Below are positions 14,793 through 29,062 of a stretch of DNA of 64,000 nt, piece by piece (position 1 is the first letter of the stretch; every line of letters begins with the position of its first letter). Both the position numbers and the translations under genes were made by a program. The DNA is from Octopus vulgaris (taxonomy: Eukaryota). The notes below the pieces were generated by a model. It ran no database searches. It worked only from the letters and a program-made list of their open reading frames with translations, and was not told where the DNA came from. The stretch is from assembly GCA_951406725.2 (NCBI GenBank), contig OX597832.1, forward strand, positions 9,486,001 to 9,550,000. The letters run 5' to 3'.

Positions 14793-15719
14793 GTACACCG
14801 GTCATGTAATAGTGCTTTTGACAAGTGTGCAATTGATTTTCTTCAAAGAAATACCAATTAAATCCCTTTTAAATGCACCAGATACGTCATGCAGCACAAC
14901 GGAGACTACTCTGCTCTTTGCCATTGATCAAATAACTAGTTAAACTTTGCAGCAAGTATTTTCGACCAGCATTCCGGACAGATTTTGTGCATCCATCTAT
15001 AACATATCTCAAGATAAATGTATTCACGATTAGAAACGTAAATCGGGTTGATAGACGAAAGAAGTTTAAACAAAAGCTATAGCGATTAAAAATATAAAGG
15101 CAACTGCACTATATACCCTTTTAGCTTTTGCTTTTGCTGTGACCTTGCTGGGGTTACGAACTGCAGAATTTTTAATCCAAAGATTAGAATCTTTGTTTTA
15201 AAAATTAGAAAATGAATAGGAACATAAGGTTCTGGGAATATTTTGAAGTTTTAGACGATGAGGTGAACATTTCTTTCTTTGTAATATTTACCCAAACTTT
15301 ACAATCTGATAACATTCTTTAACTTAATTGTTTTGAGGGCAAAATTTGTTATTAAAACTGAAAGATCTGTAAGTTTTTACTTAGGCTAAATTATTTGTAG
15401 CTTCAAATTAGTATATTTATAATGATATTTATAACATTAGAGCGGATTAAAAAAATTTAGTATTAAGCACCATAATATATTTGTCTTGAGTACAAACGAT
15501 ATAATTTTTTCGTAGTTAAATTTAAGATATAAGTTTTAATTAGGTATTCAGGTTTGTATAGAATGATTATGTATATATAAGTTAAATTTAATAAATAAGA
15601 ATTTTATATAAACAATTTTATAAAAGGCATTATCATGATTAAAAACATTTCTATTTTAAGTACATATTTCCGGATATTTTTTGTAAACAATTTTTAATCT
15701 TTTTTCTTATATTTTTTAT

Positions 15720-16405
15720 TTGCTGGAGCACCGCATTTTGTCGAAAGGATTGATCCCAGAAGTTGTTTGTTGTTAGCCTAGTACTCGCTCGAACGGTTTT
15801 ATTTGCCAAACCGCTACGTTACGGATGATTACTGCAACTGGCAGCAGAAAGGAGAATTCCCTGTCCAGCTAAAAGAGATGTGGTGGTATTGCTGAGAAAG
15901 GACCCAAATAAGAGGAATGGTTTTAACAACTTCAAGCCCTTAATTCTGCTAAATGCAGATTTAAAGATTTTTGCCAACATGTTAACTAATGTAGTAAAGA
16001 CTATGTTAACAATTCGGAGTAGTTATCTCCTCGTCGGTCACAGACACTAGGCAGACAGCACTGCGAAGTGAATTAAGAGATTAATTCTTTTATGATTTTC
16101 CAGTCATGGTTTAGGACAAATGTTGCTGTAATTTAGCCCCAGCTGGCTATACAAAATTGCGATCTTTGTCCTTAGATTATGATATTACATTCGTCCTAAA
16201 CCAGAAATGCCATGTTATGTTGGCAAACAAACTTTACTACAAAGTACTGTTGCTGAATATCTTTCAGTCTCCGTCTACGAAAGCCACTCACAAGGTTTTG
16301 GTCGGCACGAGGATTTAGCGGAAGATACCTTCTCGAGGTGCCAAGCAGTGGGACTGAACACGGAGACATGTACTTGGTAAGCAAGCTACTTACCACACAC
16401 TCACT
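15720..16405 (-). mobile_element. SINE family A pieces (3' part 15720-15825, 5' part ~16258-16405) separated by other insertions
   Basis: Both halves match the family on the minus strand. Confidence 0.6.
15830..15990 (+). mobile_element. Tx1/L1-clade LINE RT fragment
   Basis: YCNWQQKG...VVVLLRKDPNKRNGFNNFKPLILLNADLKIFANML; related to the sequence at ~41660. Confidence 0.7.
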
Positions 16406-16421
16406 ATCTTACAGTGGTTAT

Positions 16422-19400
16422 TTTATTTTCTTCTGTAAAACTAAGTAAGTTTCTGATAAGTTATTTACTTATTTACTATTACCATATTTATGTAAGAAAT
16501 AGTATAGGTTATAATAATCGTAACATTATACATTTGTTTAACCTCAGCGTATCTAGAAATTTTTGAATTAATGAAAAGTTTTTTTTAATGAATTTTGTGT
16601 GTGAATAAAATAGATCCTTATTTATTCTTTCAATAATAGTAAATAGAAATTTTTAAAAATATATTTCTTACTACACCATAAATATTTAACGTACTATAAA
16701 AACTTTATTATATTAAATTTTATGCAATAAAAATAGGCAGTGATTATTTGAGATTAAAATACTGTTATATTAATATCATAAAAGATGCATAAGAACATTT
16801 TATGACCGTTGTAATTGTTTTGTTTAATTTATTTTATCAATTAGAATTTTGGTTTTGTCTTTTATTATATTTAGTAAATTTTAAGATTATCAACACTCAG
16901 GGTTATAAACATAGAAATATGTTTAATCAGTCTATTGTACGATTTAGCAGTCCTTGCTTGACATTATTGTGTATTTTTGAGACATATATTAGCCTGACGA
17001 GATTCATATACATAAACGTGATTTTTTAATAAACGCACTAGTGGATATGAATCGAAGTAAATTGTAGGCTATATATATTTTTTAGTTATTTATTATATTA
17101 TATTATAGTATAATTATATTATATTGTAATGTTACTAATTTTATAATCTGTCAATTATTTTCCTCTATTTTCTTTAATATGTATATATTGAAATTATACC
17201 ATTTAATTTCTGATTTTTTCTCTACTATATTGTAGAAATTGACTGATGAACCAGTAGAAATTGGATGTTTTCTATCCCTTGAAAGCAAATTGATATTTCC
17301 TTGGATTGGATGATAATAACATATTTGCATATTACTTAAGTAATTCTATTTTATTCCGCTGGTATAAATGAAGAAAGAACCAATTGACTTATATTTTTTT
17401 TTAAATCCTATTCCACGTACGAAAGATTTCATGAAGGACCTAATTAATAGAACTCTTGAATTCATCCATAGGATGCATTGGAAGGTATTTTACCATGATA
17501 ATGATTTTGAACAAGAAATTAACCCTCTTAATGAGACATTGAACTTTTTAAAAATAATTGAATACTAAAAGATTTCCACCACCAAATCGCTACTTGGAGG
17601 CTTTTGAAGACAACTGATGAAACAGTCAAATATACTAATTTTTTTTAAATATCTTCTTAGGTTAAATTAACATTTAAAGAAGCTAAAGTCTTCAGTATGT
17701 GATCTTGCAAAAATGGACTTACTGTGAAATCTTACAAACGGAAAATTTATATGATATAGATTTATTAAAATATCATGAATTAATGCAGGAAGAGAATACT
17801 AGTAATTACAAGTAGTAAGTAAAAATGTTTTAAGGTCTATTAAAATAGAACCTAACACGATTATGAATGATTATAATCTTGATGATAGAACAAAGTCGTT
17901 TGTGTTTATGAGGCCTAGGATATCTTATAAAGATCATAAAGAAAATTCCTTTTCTAACCCTAAAGTTAGATTAGTTTGCCCAGGATTATCTGACCTAGAT
18001 AGATTAAGTAAGATTATTCTACATCTGTATATACCTACACTTCAGAAAAAAATAAAACTTGACCATTGGTCTGATACGCAAGAAGCTGTTTATTGGTTTC
18101 ATAGAAAAGAGAAAAGAGAAGAATAAGAAGTAAATTGATACAAACATGTATTAAAAGCTAGTCTTCTATTAATCCTGTTGCACTTAATAATGCTCATTCA
18201 TTTGCTAGAAAATTCTCTAACCTTAGTTTTAAAGAAATTAAGGTAATTTTGGAAGCTCGAAGATATATTATTTTATTTGATAATAATTACTGGTCTAAAA
18301 AATACTAATAATTTTTTTGACATCTATGGGATCAGCTGATTCTACCCAAGTTACCGATACCGTATATACATACACTATATTTCATGTTAGTGGTAAATTT
18401 CCAGATATTATAGGAGGAGTGTATCCGTAATTATTTAGATGTTAATCCCAATCTCGTCACTGACCAATATGTCTCATATCATAAGACAAGCAATAATTTG
18501 AAATACATTAAATTAAAAATTATTATCCTAAAACTATTACATGAAATTTAGTTGAAAATATTTCCAGGTGTGTTTCATATGTATTTTTCTAATGAGGAAT
18601 TTTTAACAATAATGCAGAATATTATAATGTGGCCCTTAAAAAAGTGGAATATATGTATAGGATTGTATTTTGTAATAAAATTGAGGGTTATAAAAAATAT
18701 TATTATGATAATGGTAAATCGGTAGACAACGGAATGTGTGGATTTAATACTAGTGCTGTGAGTAATAAAATTAAAATTCTTAAATCTCATAAAAATACAA
18801 ATAGCAATAATGTTGATGAGGTAATTAGTAAATTAACCATTACAGAATAGAAAGATAACCAAATTAAGAGGGGGACGAAACATAGTGTTAACGTATATTC
18901 TAAAATCAATACCAATAATATAGATACACAAAACCTGCATTACGATAGTAATATTGATGTTAATAATAATTAGAAGAATAGTAATAATAAGAGAAGTAGT
19001 ATAAATAAGAAGTGCAGTAATTATGATACTCTGTATGAAAATTGGCTTTAGTTTAAGACTAAAATTCCGGTTTTATGACAGTTAATACTATTAATTCTAC
19101 AAATGAACATAATATTTGGTTAATTCTTCCTTATGTAAGACAAATATAATCTAAGTTGATTAAGCTTTTTATAGATCTGTATCTAAACATTTTAGTAAAG
19201 AACCGAAATATAATAAAAATAATTCAAAATAAAATGTTAGAATTAGTTTTTCACTATCTAAAATTTGTTTAGAATTATCTCTTCAATTAATTCCGAAAAG
19301 TAGACAATTCTTCTAATAATAGAAATAAAAATAATAGTAATTTTACTACTGATAATTATCTCGCTATTACTTGTGATTACACATTTAAGGGTAAATGTTA

Positions 19401-20410
19401 TTTCAATAATTTTTGTACGCAAAATAACCTTGTATGTTGATGTAGAAATGAATCTGAAGGGAAAAATTGTTTTTACATTGGGTCAACTGAAGATTTTTAT
19501 TAAAAGACACGTTGCAAACGAACAGGGAGAGGTTGAACAGAACCAAGTTTATATGGAAGTTATATGGGAGTTATATGGAAACTATAAGGATAATATTTAT
19601 ATTAGTACGCATAAACGGATAAGAATAATTCTTAAAAATAATTATATATGATATTGAAATATTGAAATATTTCTTGTAGAACCTAGACTATTTAGTATAT
19701 ACCATGATATTATGTTCTTTCGAACTTATATGCACATAAAGATTATGAAAATATAAAACTATTGGCTTACTCTAATTTATTTTCTTCTGTAAAACTATGT
19801 AAAAGTTATTTATTTATATATTATTAAAATTTTTTTGTAAGAAATAGTATAGATTATAATGATCGTAACTTCATACATTTATTTAACCTAAGCGTATTTA
19901 GGAAAAACTTTTGAATTAATGAATTGTTGATTAAAAGTTTTTTAATGAATTTCGTGTGTGAATAAAATAGATCCTTATCTATTCTTTCATAATAGTACAT
20001 AGAAATTTTAAAATATATATATTTTTTACTACACCATAAATATTTAACATATTATATAAATTTTATTATATCAATTTTATATAATAAAAATGGGCAGTAG
20101 ATAAAATATCGTTAGATGAATATCATTAAAGATGCATAAAAACATTTTATGACCGTGGTAATTGTTTTATTTATTTAATTCTTTTTTATCTGTTTGAATT
20201 CTATTTTAGTTTTTATTATATTTGTTATATTTTAAAATTATCAACTCTCACGCTTGTAAACATAGGAACATTTTAGATCAGTCTATTTTATAATTTAACA
20301 GTCCTTGCATGACATTTTTCTGTATTTTTGAGATACATATTCATATGACGATATTCATATGCATAAATGTGAATTTTTCATAAGTACAAAAGTAGATATG
20401 AACCGATGTA
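16422..20410 (+). mobile_element. Decayed Penelope-like element (probably Naiad-type) with direct terminal repeats 16422-~17060 and 19776-20410
   Basis: Fragmented RT motifs FIHRMHWKVF, SYKDHKENSFSNPKVRLVCP, MGSADSTQVTD, NIWLILPY; GIY-YIG half-motif YIGSTED at ~19475; ~630-bp diverged direct repeats; many stops and frameshifts. Confidence 0.8.
16990..17071 (+). ncRNA. Decayed type I hammerhead ribozyme in the PLE terminal repeat
   Basis: TAGC-CTGACGA-GATTCATAT...ATATGAATC-GAAG-TAAATTG-TA-GGCTA; perfect 9-bp stem II; GAAA mutated to GAAG. Confidence 0.6.
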
Positions 20411-20414
20411 TACA

Positions 20415-20490
20415 TACATACATACATAAATACATAAATACATGCATGCGTACATACATGCATACATACATACATACATACATACATACA

Positions 20491-20520
<30 letters not shown>
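20415..20520. repeat. (TACA)n microsatellite
   Basis: Direct reading; abuts the PLE 3' end. Confidence 0.9.
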
Positions 20521-20526
<6 letters not shown>

Positions 20527-21003
20527 TTGGTACTCCGTCGTTTACAACAACGAGTGTTCCGGTTGATCCGGTTAATGGAAAAGGCTGGACCTGAAATTGA
20601 CGTGCAAGTGTTTGAGCAAACCACATACACGAGAACACTGAACGTGGTTCTCAGGGAGATTTAGCGGGATACAATATATATGAAATATCCTAAGGGTTAC
20701 CAAAAAAACTAGCGTTCGCACACGTTTATATAATCACATTCACAAGGACAGTTCTAATGAGACGCCTACAATTGAGATAATTGTGAGGAGGGAATGTGAG
20801 CATGCTTGTGAGATAATAATTCCGTGTCTAAACCCAACTATACATCGTATCAACGACATCTTAGTCAGGATCAGATTTTACAAATTTTTTCATTGAGTCA
20901 ACAGATAGAAGTGAACACAAAATAACTTCTGTATCAATGACACTCAGGTAAATATGATTATAATTAATAAGTAAATATGATTATAATTATAAAGTATTAA
21001 TAG

Positions 21004-21234
21004 GGCGGCGAGATGGCAGAATCGTAAGCACGCCGGGCGAAATGCATAGCTGTATTTCGTCTGCCGTTACGTTCAGTGTTCGAATTCCGCCGAGGTCGAC
21101 TTTGCCTTTCATCATTTCGGGGTCGATAAATAAAGTACCAGTTACGCACTGGGGTCGATGTAATCGACTTAACCCCTTTTTCTGTCCTTGTTTGTCCACT
21201 CTATGTTTAGCCCCTTGTGGACAATAAAGAAATA
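21004..21234 (+). mobile_element. tRNA-derived SINE family B (Nin/Deu-domain-like)
   Basis: TGGCAGAATCG A-box, GTTCGAATTCC B-box, central CTTTCATCATTTCGGGGTCGATAAATAAAGTACCAG, tail CCTTGTGGACAATAAAGAAA. Confidence 0.85.
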
Positions 21235-23299
21235 TATAATTAATAAGTATATCACCAATTAATTTAGTGGTTGTAATGTTGGTGAACGTAGAGTATTCGA
21301 CGTCGATAACAATAAAAATGCCGCTGTGATGACGATGACGACGACGATGGTGGTGATGTTAATGGTGTTGATGGAGAGGAGGAGGAAATATATTTGACGA
21401 TGTTTACAAAGATGAGGATTATTATGGTTATTATGATAATGGTAACGGCGATGAAAATCATTATGTAAATATTGAAGAACATATTCATAGATGTTCCCGT
21501 TTGCATGTCTCTTCCTAAAGATAACGATAATCTTTGTATCGACTTTGAGAAAAATAAGAATGTCAATGTTAACCAATATGATTACTGCGATGATTGTGAA
21601 GATGATTATTAGAAAAGTGTTGTGTGGATGCCCCCAGACAATGACGTAGGCTAGCCCAATATGTAGATATAAGGGAGAAGCCTAGACGTCAGAGTAGCAG
21701 TCGGAGTAGCTGTGTAGAGAGGACTAGAACAGAGTCGAGCAGAGTAGTAGAGGCATCCGAACGTGAAACATAACAAAAAGCATGAGTAGGAAAAGTAAAG
21801 TAATTAAAGTGTGTGATGGAGAGGCTGGATAGGAGAAAAAAGGAAGATGAGGAAAGAATGACGACCTTTATGAGGATAAAAAAAGACTGGTGATAATAAA
21901 AGCGATGTTCATGATGATGATGATGATGATGATGGTAAGTTGTAAAAGAATATAACACTTGACAATCATTATTATAATATACATTGCAGTCGATGTCGCT
22001 GCTACTTTTTAGTTAATTTTCCATTGTTGAAGTCGATGACGAAGATAATGATGATGATGATGATGATGTTGTTGACGGCTATTATGATAAGAATGGCGAC
22101 GACGACGATGATGATGAAAATGATATTGTGACAAAGATACGGTGAATTTTGATAGTGGTAATAATGAAATGATTAGAATAGCAGCGTTCATCGCTTGGTA
22201 ACTTAAGATTTGCCTCTTGGAATTATCAGATTGCGTCTTCTTATTGCATAATTCATAATTGTAGAAGAAAATAGCACAAGTTATCTATTTGAATACTGCC
22301 TACAATGAAGCCAGAAAAGCAAAAGAAATATTCAAAGACAAATAAAAAGATCATTAGATTATAAGATTGAACGATATATTTAAACTGTGAAAGCACAGGG
22401 AAACAAAGAACAGTAAGATGTTCTAGTTCAAAATATATGATACACATATTATATGTATGTGCTATGCACCACGAATATTCATATACAGGTGTGTATACCT
22501 CTTTATGATTGTTGGTGCTTTTTTAATGGCAATGAATAGGATATGCACAACTCGGTGGGAATCCTGGTTGTATATGATTTAGCTATAAAAAACATCCCGT
22601 AATTATTACTAACAATATTCAAATGGCTAAGCTAATATATACAAAGTGGATTCATTATTTCCTTTTTTCATATCTTAAAAAAGAGAAGCAGGTACTCTCT
22701 AGTTACAGTAGTGGATATATATGACATAACTATCTTATAAAAACAACGTCAGTTCTCAAATCTTGACTTTGCATCATATTGTTCGTTGTAAGTATTATAT
22801 TATTCGCAGTGATTAATAATCAAAGGTGGAAGCGAAGTGATTATTTATTCACTTTTTTTGTTTATTCACTATTCATCGGTAAGGGAATCGGAGTTTTATC
22901 TAGATATACTTCAAAATTATTTAATTTCCCTCCTTCACCCATGATAATATATATCCATTCAAATAATTGTTTTAGTATTCGCATAATTGATTGTCTTTCT
23001 TATCACTCTCATTCGGTTATGTAATTCGTCTTCTTTTGCCCAATTCTTCATATAAATCATATTCAGAGAACTACAATTAAATCTTTCTTCTCGTTTTAAA
23101 GATTTGTCCATCCTTAAAATTTAAGTCTGTACCTGCCAGTCAAACGCAAACAATTTGGACAACTGGATTTTATAACGAGTTGAAATTGTTTGAGAAATGC
23201 TGCTTCAAAAACTGTGTTTGAACGTAGGAGATTGAAGTATACTCTTACTGGCTCGGTCTTTACTGCACATCATTTTTGCAATGGCACACGACTTATATT

Positions 23300-24216
23300 A
23301 AAGATAATACCAAAAGTCTTGGAGACTTGGTAAAGCAAATAGTGAGCCTGTATTCATTACTAGAATTCCCCTTATTCCCTCGGATTTGCCTTTCCAGTAC
23401 AACGGCCTGTAAGTTCCGTTGAAACTGAGCTTTGCAATGTGTATTAACAAGACCCAGCAACAGACCTTGGATGTGGAATCTCTGCACCTTGCGGAACCTG
23501 TTTTCTCCAATGGTCAACTTTATGGGGCATGCACAAGACTCGGCAATCCTAATCATTCGTTTATTTATGCCCTACAAAGAAAGACCAAAAAGGTGTTTAT
23601 CAAGAAGCTCTGCAAACTTAATAAGATTCACCAAATCAACATTGTAATATTTCTAAGTGTTGTAGAAGAATTGATAATCTACATGTTATATTATTTTAAA
23701 ATCTATATGCAAATTTATTTGTATGCCTACTGTAAAACCAAATGTCAGTCCGTTTCTACATTCATTGTGAATCTATTACAACACTAGCGCCCTAAAAGTT
23801 ATATTCACTGGGAACGGACAAAATTCCTTTTCAGACTTGTTTACTTTCAATTGTTATTATCTCAAATCTGATTATTCTCGTATTACGTAAAATGCTACAC
23901 GATTTTGATACAATTCCCTTATTGGTATTTCTTCCTAAGTTCTATATACCCTGGGAACGTTTTAAATCCATTTTCAGGATTACTCAATTTCATGTTATTA
24001 CGTAACATACTTCACGATTTGGATATTTATAACGTATTGGGATTTCCTAATATCAAGATCCTGTGTAAGGCGGTTCGGTATTCTCTGTAAATGAACAAAA
24101 ACGGTTTTAAGTGCAGCATACTTTGTATTTTTGTTACTAGATTAGCAAAACGATTAAGAGAACGGAACCAATGGATAAACCTCGCTTTTTCGGCAATTAC
24201 CCGGTACGTCAGCTAG
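23300..24216 (+). mobile_element. Helitron 3' remnant: PIF1 helicase C-terminus and probable 3' end
   Basis: RIPLIPSDLPF..LSFAMCINKTQQQTL..VFSNGQLYGACTR; GC-rich CGGCAATTACCCGG followed by CTAG (24213-24216) then T. Confidence 0.7.
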
Positions 24217-24220
24217 TATG

Positions 24221-24254
<34 letters not shown>

Positions 24255-24328
24255 TGTATGTATGTATGTATGTATGTATGTATGTATGTATGTATGTATG
24301 TGTATATATATATATGTATATATATATG

Positions 24329-24419
<91 letters not shown>

Positions 24420-24436
24420 GTATGTATGTATATAAA

Positions 24437-24474
<38 letters not shown>

Positions 24475-24476
24475 CA

Positions 24477-24528
<52 letters not shown>
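24216..24528. repeat. (TATG)n/(TA)n microsatellite
   Basis: Direct reading. Confidence 0.95.
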
Positions 24529-24531
<3 letters not shown>

Positions 24532-25702
24532 GTTATAAATACAATGAAATATCTCGACACGTCTTGCGTAAAGTGTAGATACATGATAGTACTTTGTAGT
24601 TTCCAGAGAACTTCTGCAGCTATAGACTTTGCCCTTTTTCACTTGATTGTGTACTTAGTGGAAAAGGCTTTTTGCTTAAGTAAATATGTTTTACAATTCG
24701 CATAATCCTTTGATGCTTTTGATCATGTTTTGTAAGAGTCGGTAGTAATGTGTGAGGTGTTCTTGCTTGGATGAATGACTTGTTCGTTCATGTGAATTTC
24801 TGTTTAAGCTGAGAGGAAGTGAAGAGAACTTCTGCTTTGAACTGTGCTTTTAATGCAAATGTATGTTTCTGTCATTTAACTTTTATTCATAAACAAATAT
24901 CTTAAAATAAATGCTCCATCGTTAATTAAATATTATGTTTTATGGTTTAACCGTAGCTATAAATTTGCTGACCATCATAACTTCAAAGTTTATTAACATT
25001 TTCCTAATCTAAAATGAAACAGGTATGTAGAGACATCTTCAGTTGTTAATGATATATGTGTACACATATCACCAAAATATTACTAAAAATATACCTTGTG
25101 ATATGCCATCACCAATTTGGCATAGGCAGGGCATGTTTGTTGGTAGTGTTCGTTATTTTATCGGTCAAAATTAAATCAAAGAGCTTTCGTAGACGTGCGA
25201 GGTATTACTATGTAAATTTAAAATATCAACAGAAACAATATAGAATCTTTGCTCACGAGTATTTGCTTGCAAATAAGTACATCTAAATCTTTTCAGAGTC
25301 AAACGAGTGTATATTCCAAATAAGGGTATAATAAACTTTCCTCAAGATTACACTGTACATCCTGGGATTCTATGTTCAGTCTCAATTTCTAAATATACTG
25401 AAAACGATATTCGATGTCTATGCTTTTATAGCAATTGTAATTATGCGTAACATGTAGTGTTGTATTTTTTCGGTAGAAAATCCATATCGCTCGTATTCCA
25501 AGGGATGTTATTGAATCAATTTTTTTAGGGCTGAAACTTTTCCAACCGTATTCAATGAGAAAAGATTTTGATTTTACAATTTTATTGGTCATATATGTGT
25601 ATACTAACTGTTGGACCAGGGGATGCTCATGTTTTCCGTGTTGAAGTTAAGCCCAACTCTGAACTTGTATTGAAATCTTCTACGTTTCCTAATGAAATTA
25701 TT

Positions 25703-25855
25703 ACCACTCACAAGGCTTTGGTCACCCGAAGCTATAGTAGAAGACACTTGCCGAAGGTTCCACGCAGTGGGACTGAACCCGGACCCATGGGGTTGGTAAG
25801 CAAGCTACTTACAACACAGCCACTCCTACGCCTATGCACACAGCCACTCCTACCC
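25703..25855 (-). mobile_element. SINE family A 5' part with duplicated head
   Basis: GGGACTGAACCCGG..., with CACAGCCACTCCTAC present twice. Confidence 0.75.
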
Positions 25856-26959
25856 CTATTATATATATATGTGTGTGTATATGTATATATATATATGTAT
25901 GTATATGTGTATATATATATGCGTGTGTATACATACATACATATATACATAAATATACACGCACATATATATATATATATATATACATATATATTTACAC
26001 ACACATATATATATATATATATACATATATATTTACACACACATATATATATATAGAGAGAGAGAGGGGGAGGGGGAAATGATAGATATACAGATACAGT
26101 CCCGCACGGCCAAACACACATACACACACACAAACACATTGTAAGACAGTGATTTCACACTTTTGTTTCTAGGGCAAGTGTGCCCTTCACTAACATGGGA
26201 TCGGCCGATACATCATAAATGAAACTTGGTTAGCATTAACATTGAGAGAAATTTGTTTGATTGATAGTGAATGTAATGTGGATACGTATGATGTGACGCT
26301 AATTTTTCATGCAAATTCAATATGAATTTAATAGAAGTAATCGAAATACACAACGCCAGAGCAGATATAAATCATTCTGCACACACTCACACACACACTC
26401 ACACGCAAATACAAACGAAAATATGTATGTACATATACATTTACTTACGTACAGAATTATGTGTAAAATATAAGTATCTTTTAATAACTATTCGCCGATC
26501 ATTCTACCGTGATGAAGGAGGCCTATATTACTGAATGGTTATATGCATTCTCAACTGGTTGCACATCCTTGTATTTTTGCACCGTCAGCCTACATATAAT
26601 GAACAATACAGCTATTACTTTTGTCCGAGCACCCACAAACGGCTGTTGGACTTAAAATACCAGACCTCTTAGTTTTCAGAATTTTGGTTCTTTTGCACTC
26701 CATCTGAATTCATGTATTTTGTAAACATACAAAAATTGAAATACTTATACAGGAGAGTTCATCTCTTGAATATTTTTTCTGTTGTGTATGCACACCTTAA
26801 ATAATTGTAAATTTGTTATTCTTTGTAAGCCTAGTACTTATTCTATCGTTCTCTTTTGCCGAACCACTATGTGTATACATTTTTGGGGGACACCCTGTAT
26901 ATATTTGCATGAATGTATCTATATTTTGTACATCAAGCCCAAGCTTGTTTATGTCCACC

Positions 26960-27002
<43 letters not shown>

Positions 27003-27029
27003 CTTCTCTCATTATATATATATATAATT

Positions 27030-27235
27030 AATCCAAACATGAGAACACAAAGAGATAACACAACAACGCGAGGACGTGGAACAAATATAGTATTATTGGA
27101 CGCTCAGGGAGAAAGGTAAGAAGGAGGGTCTAACGTTTCGAGCGGAGCTCTTCGTCAGAAACATAGGAAATGGAAAGATCCAGAGAAGGGAAGACGGAGA
27201 AAAAAAATCGCCAACGCTACACACTCGGTAACATT
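27030..27235 (-). mobile_element. Penelope-like terminal-repeat fragment with minimal hammerhead (27128-27162)
   Basis: GTTT-CTGACGA-A-GAGC-TCC-GCTC-GAAA-CG-TT-AGAC; canonical core, palindromic ACGT stem III. Confidence 0.65.
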
Positions 27236-27253
27236 TATGTATGTATGCATATA

Positions 27254-28549
27254 CGAGGGACGTTCAATAAGTAATACCCCTGACCCACTTGCATCTCTTT
27301 GATTTAGCTGAAAAATTTGCATGTGCAATTATTTATATCTCTATAGATTAAGTGACAAATTACAGCTCTGAACTAATTGCGGTTTCTGATTTACAGGTGT
27401 TTGAACTGAGTCAAATGTGAAATGGAGCCTGTTCAGTGTCGAGCAGTGATCCGGTTTTTGTATTTGAAAGGGCCCACACCACAGGGGGACTTTTGATGAA
27501 ATGAAAGTAACTTATGGTGATGATGTCCCATCATATGACCTTGTAAAACGCTGGCATCGTGAATTCAAACATGGTCGGAACTCTGTGGAAACAGCTCCCA
27601 GATCTGGTCGCCCCCCTTCTGCTAATGATGAGGTATCTGTCCGTCAAGTTGAGGCTGCCATTTTGGACGATCGACGCATAACTATTCGCCAAATAGCCCA
27701 TGTGGTCAAGATTAATACCGGGCCTGTGGAAACTATCATTCATGACCATTTGCATATGCAAAAGGTGTCTGCCTGATGGATTCCCAGGTTGCTCACACCT
27801 TTCCAGAAGCAAGAACGCGTCTAGTGCTCGAGGATGAATTTGGAGATGTGCCAAGAAGATGAGTCAAAATTTTTCAAAAGACTGATTACACAGGATGAAA
27901 CCTGGGTCCCTCACTATGATCCAGAGACCAAATCCCAGTCAATGCAGTGGACGCACCGTGACTCACCTCCTCCAAAGAAGGCAAGGGTGCAACCCTCCAC
28001 TGGCAAGGTCATGTTCACAGTCTTCTGAGATCAGGACGGAGTAGTGATGACAGATTTCCTGGCAAATGGTACCACAATTACAGGAGCCTATTATGCTTCA
28101 CTTTTGAGGAAATTAAGAGAAGCTATCAAAATTAAGAGGCGGAGCAAGATCAGCAAAGGCATCCTCCTCCTGCAGGACAACGCTCCGGTCCACAACTCGC
28201 GTGTCCGCCAGATCAGAAGCACAGGCGTGCGGCTATGAACTCCTCCCCATCTCCCCTACTCTCCAGACCCTGCACCCTCTGATTTTCACCTCTTCCCAGC
28301 CATGAAGTTGTTTTTGAAAGGAAAGCGTTTCCCAGATGATGCAGCCTTGCTTTCTGAAGTCACTTCGTGGTTGGAGGACCAAGCTGGGTGTCTTCTACAA
28401 AAACGGTCTCCAGAGCTGCATCAAACAATGGGAGAAATGCGTAACTCTGGGTGGTTCCTATGTAGAAAAAGACTAATAACTGTGCCAAGTTTCGTTGCTC
28501 TACTTCTATGGGAAGTGGCTCAGGGGCATTACTTATTGAACGCCCCTCG
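27254..28549 (+). mobile_element. Full-length mariner (DD34D-type) element with inactivated transposase (~27422-28475)
   Basis: ~37-bp TIRs CGAGGGACGTTCAATAAGTAAT.../...ATTACTTATTGAACGCCCCTCG, TA on both sides; motifs PRSGRP, WIPRLL, QDETW, QDNA, PYSPDPAPSDFHLF; several stops and frameshifts. Confidence 0.93.
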
Positions 28550-28581
<32 letters not shown>

Positions 28582-28964
28582 TATATGAATATGTTTACAC
28601 AGACACGCACACATACACACACACAAACATATATACACATATGTATATATATATATACATGCGCACACATAGGTGCTTATCTTTTTGGCTACACATATAC
28701 GTGCATTTCCGAAGCACTTCCCTTTGCAGCGCTATGGTTTAACTATTCAAATATCAGTGGCCAACTGACACATAGGTATTTCTTCTCAATATTTGTCTAT
28801 ACGTTCTATTCATATAATAACACAAAACGTGTGTATAAGACTTTTAGATATTCGAGAATCACTGTATATTTTGCTGTTTGTTTCTGTTTTGTTTCTTTTT
28901 CCTTCCTCCATACAGTATTAACTTCACTTAATTTGCAACATACGTTTCACGTCTGATTATTCCG

Positions 28965-29012
28965 GCAAGATACCATAGGCAATGAAGTGAGGATCTGTCC
29001 ATGTGTTTAAGC

Positions 29013-29062
<50 letters not shown>

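Noticed and set aside
17243-17300. Second intact hammerhead in the PLE repeat
   Set aside because: CTGATGA and a short stem are present, but GAAA is displaced and stems I and III do not pair; kept only as a degenerate remnant
21620-21900. Possible solo LTR (TGT start, TATA-like and ATTAAA motifs)
   Set aside because: No clear CA end, target-site duplication or second copy
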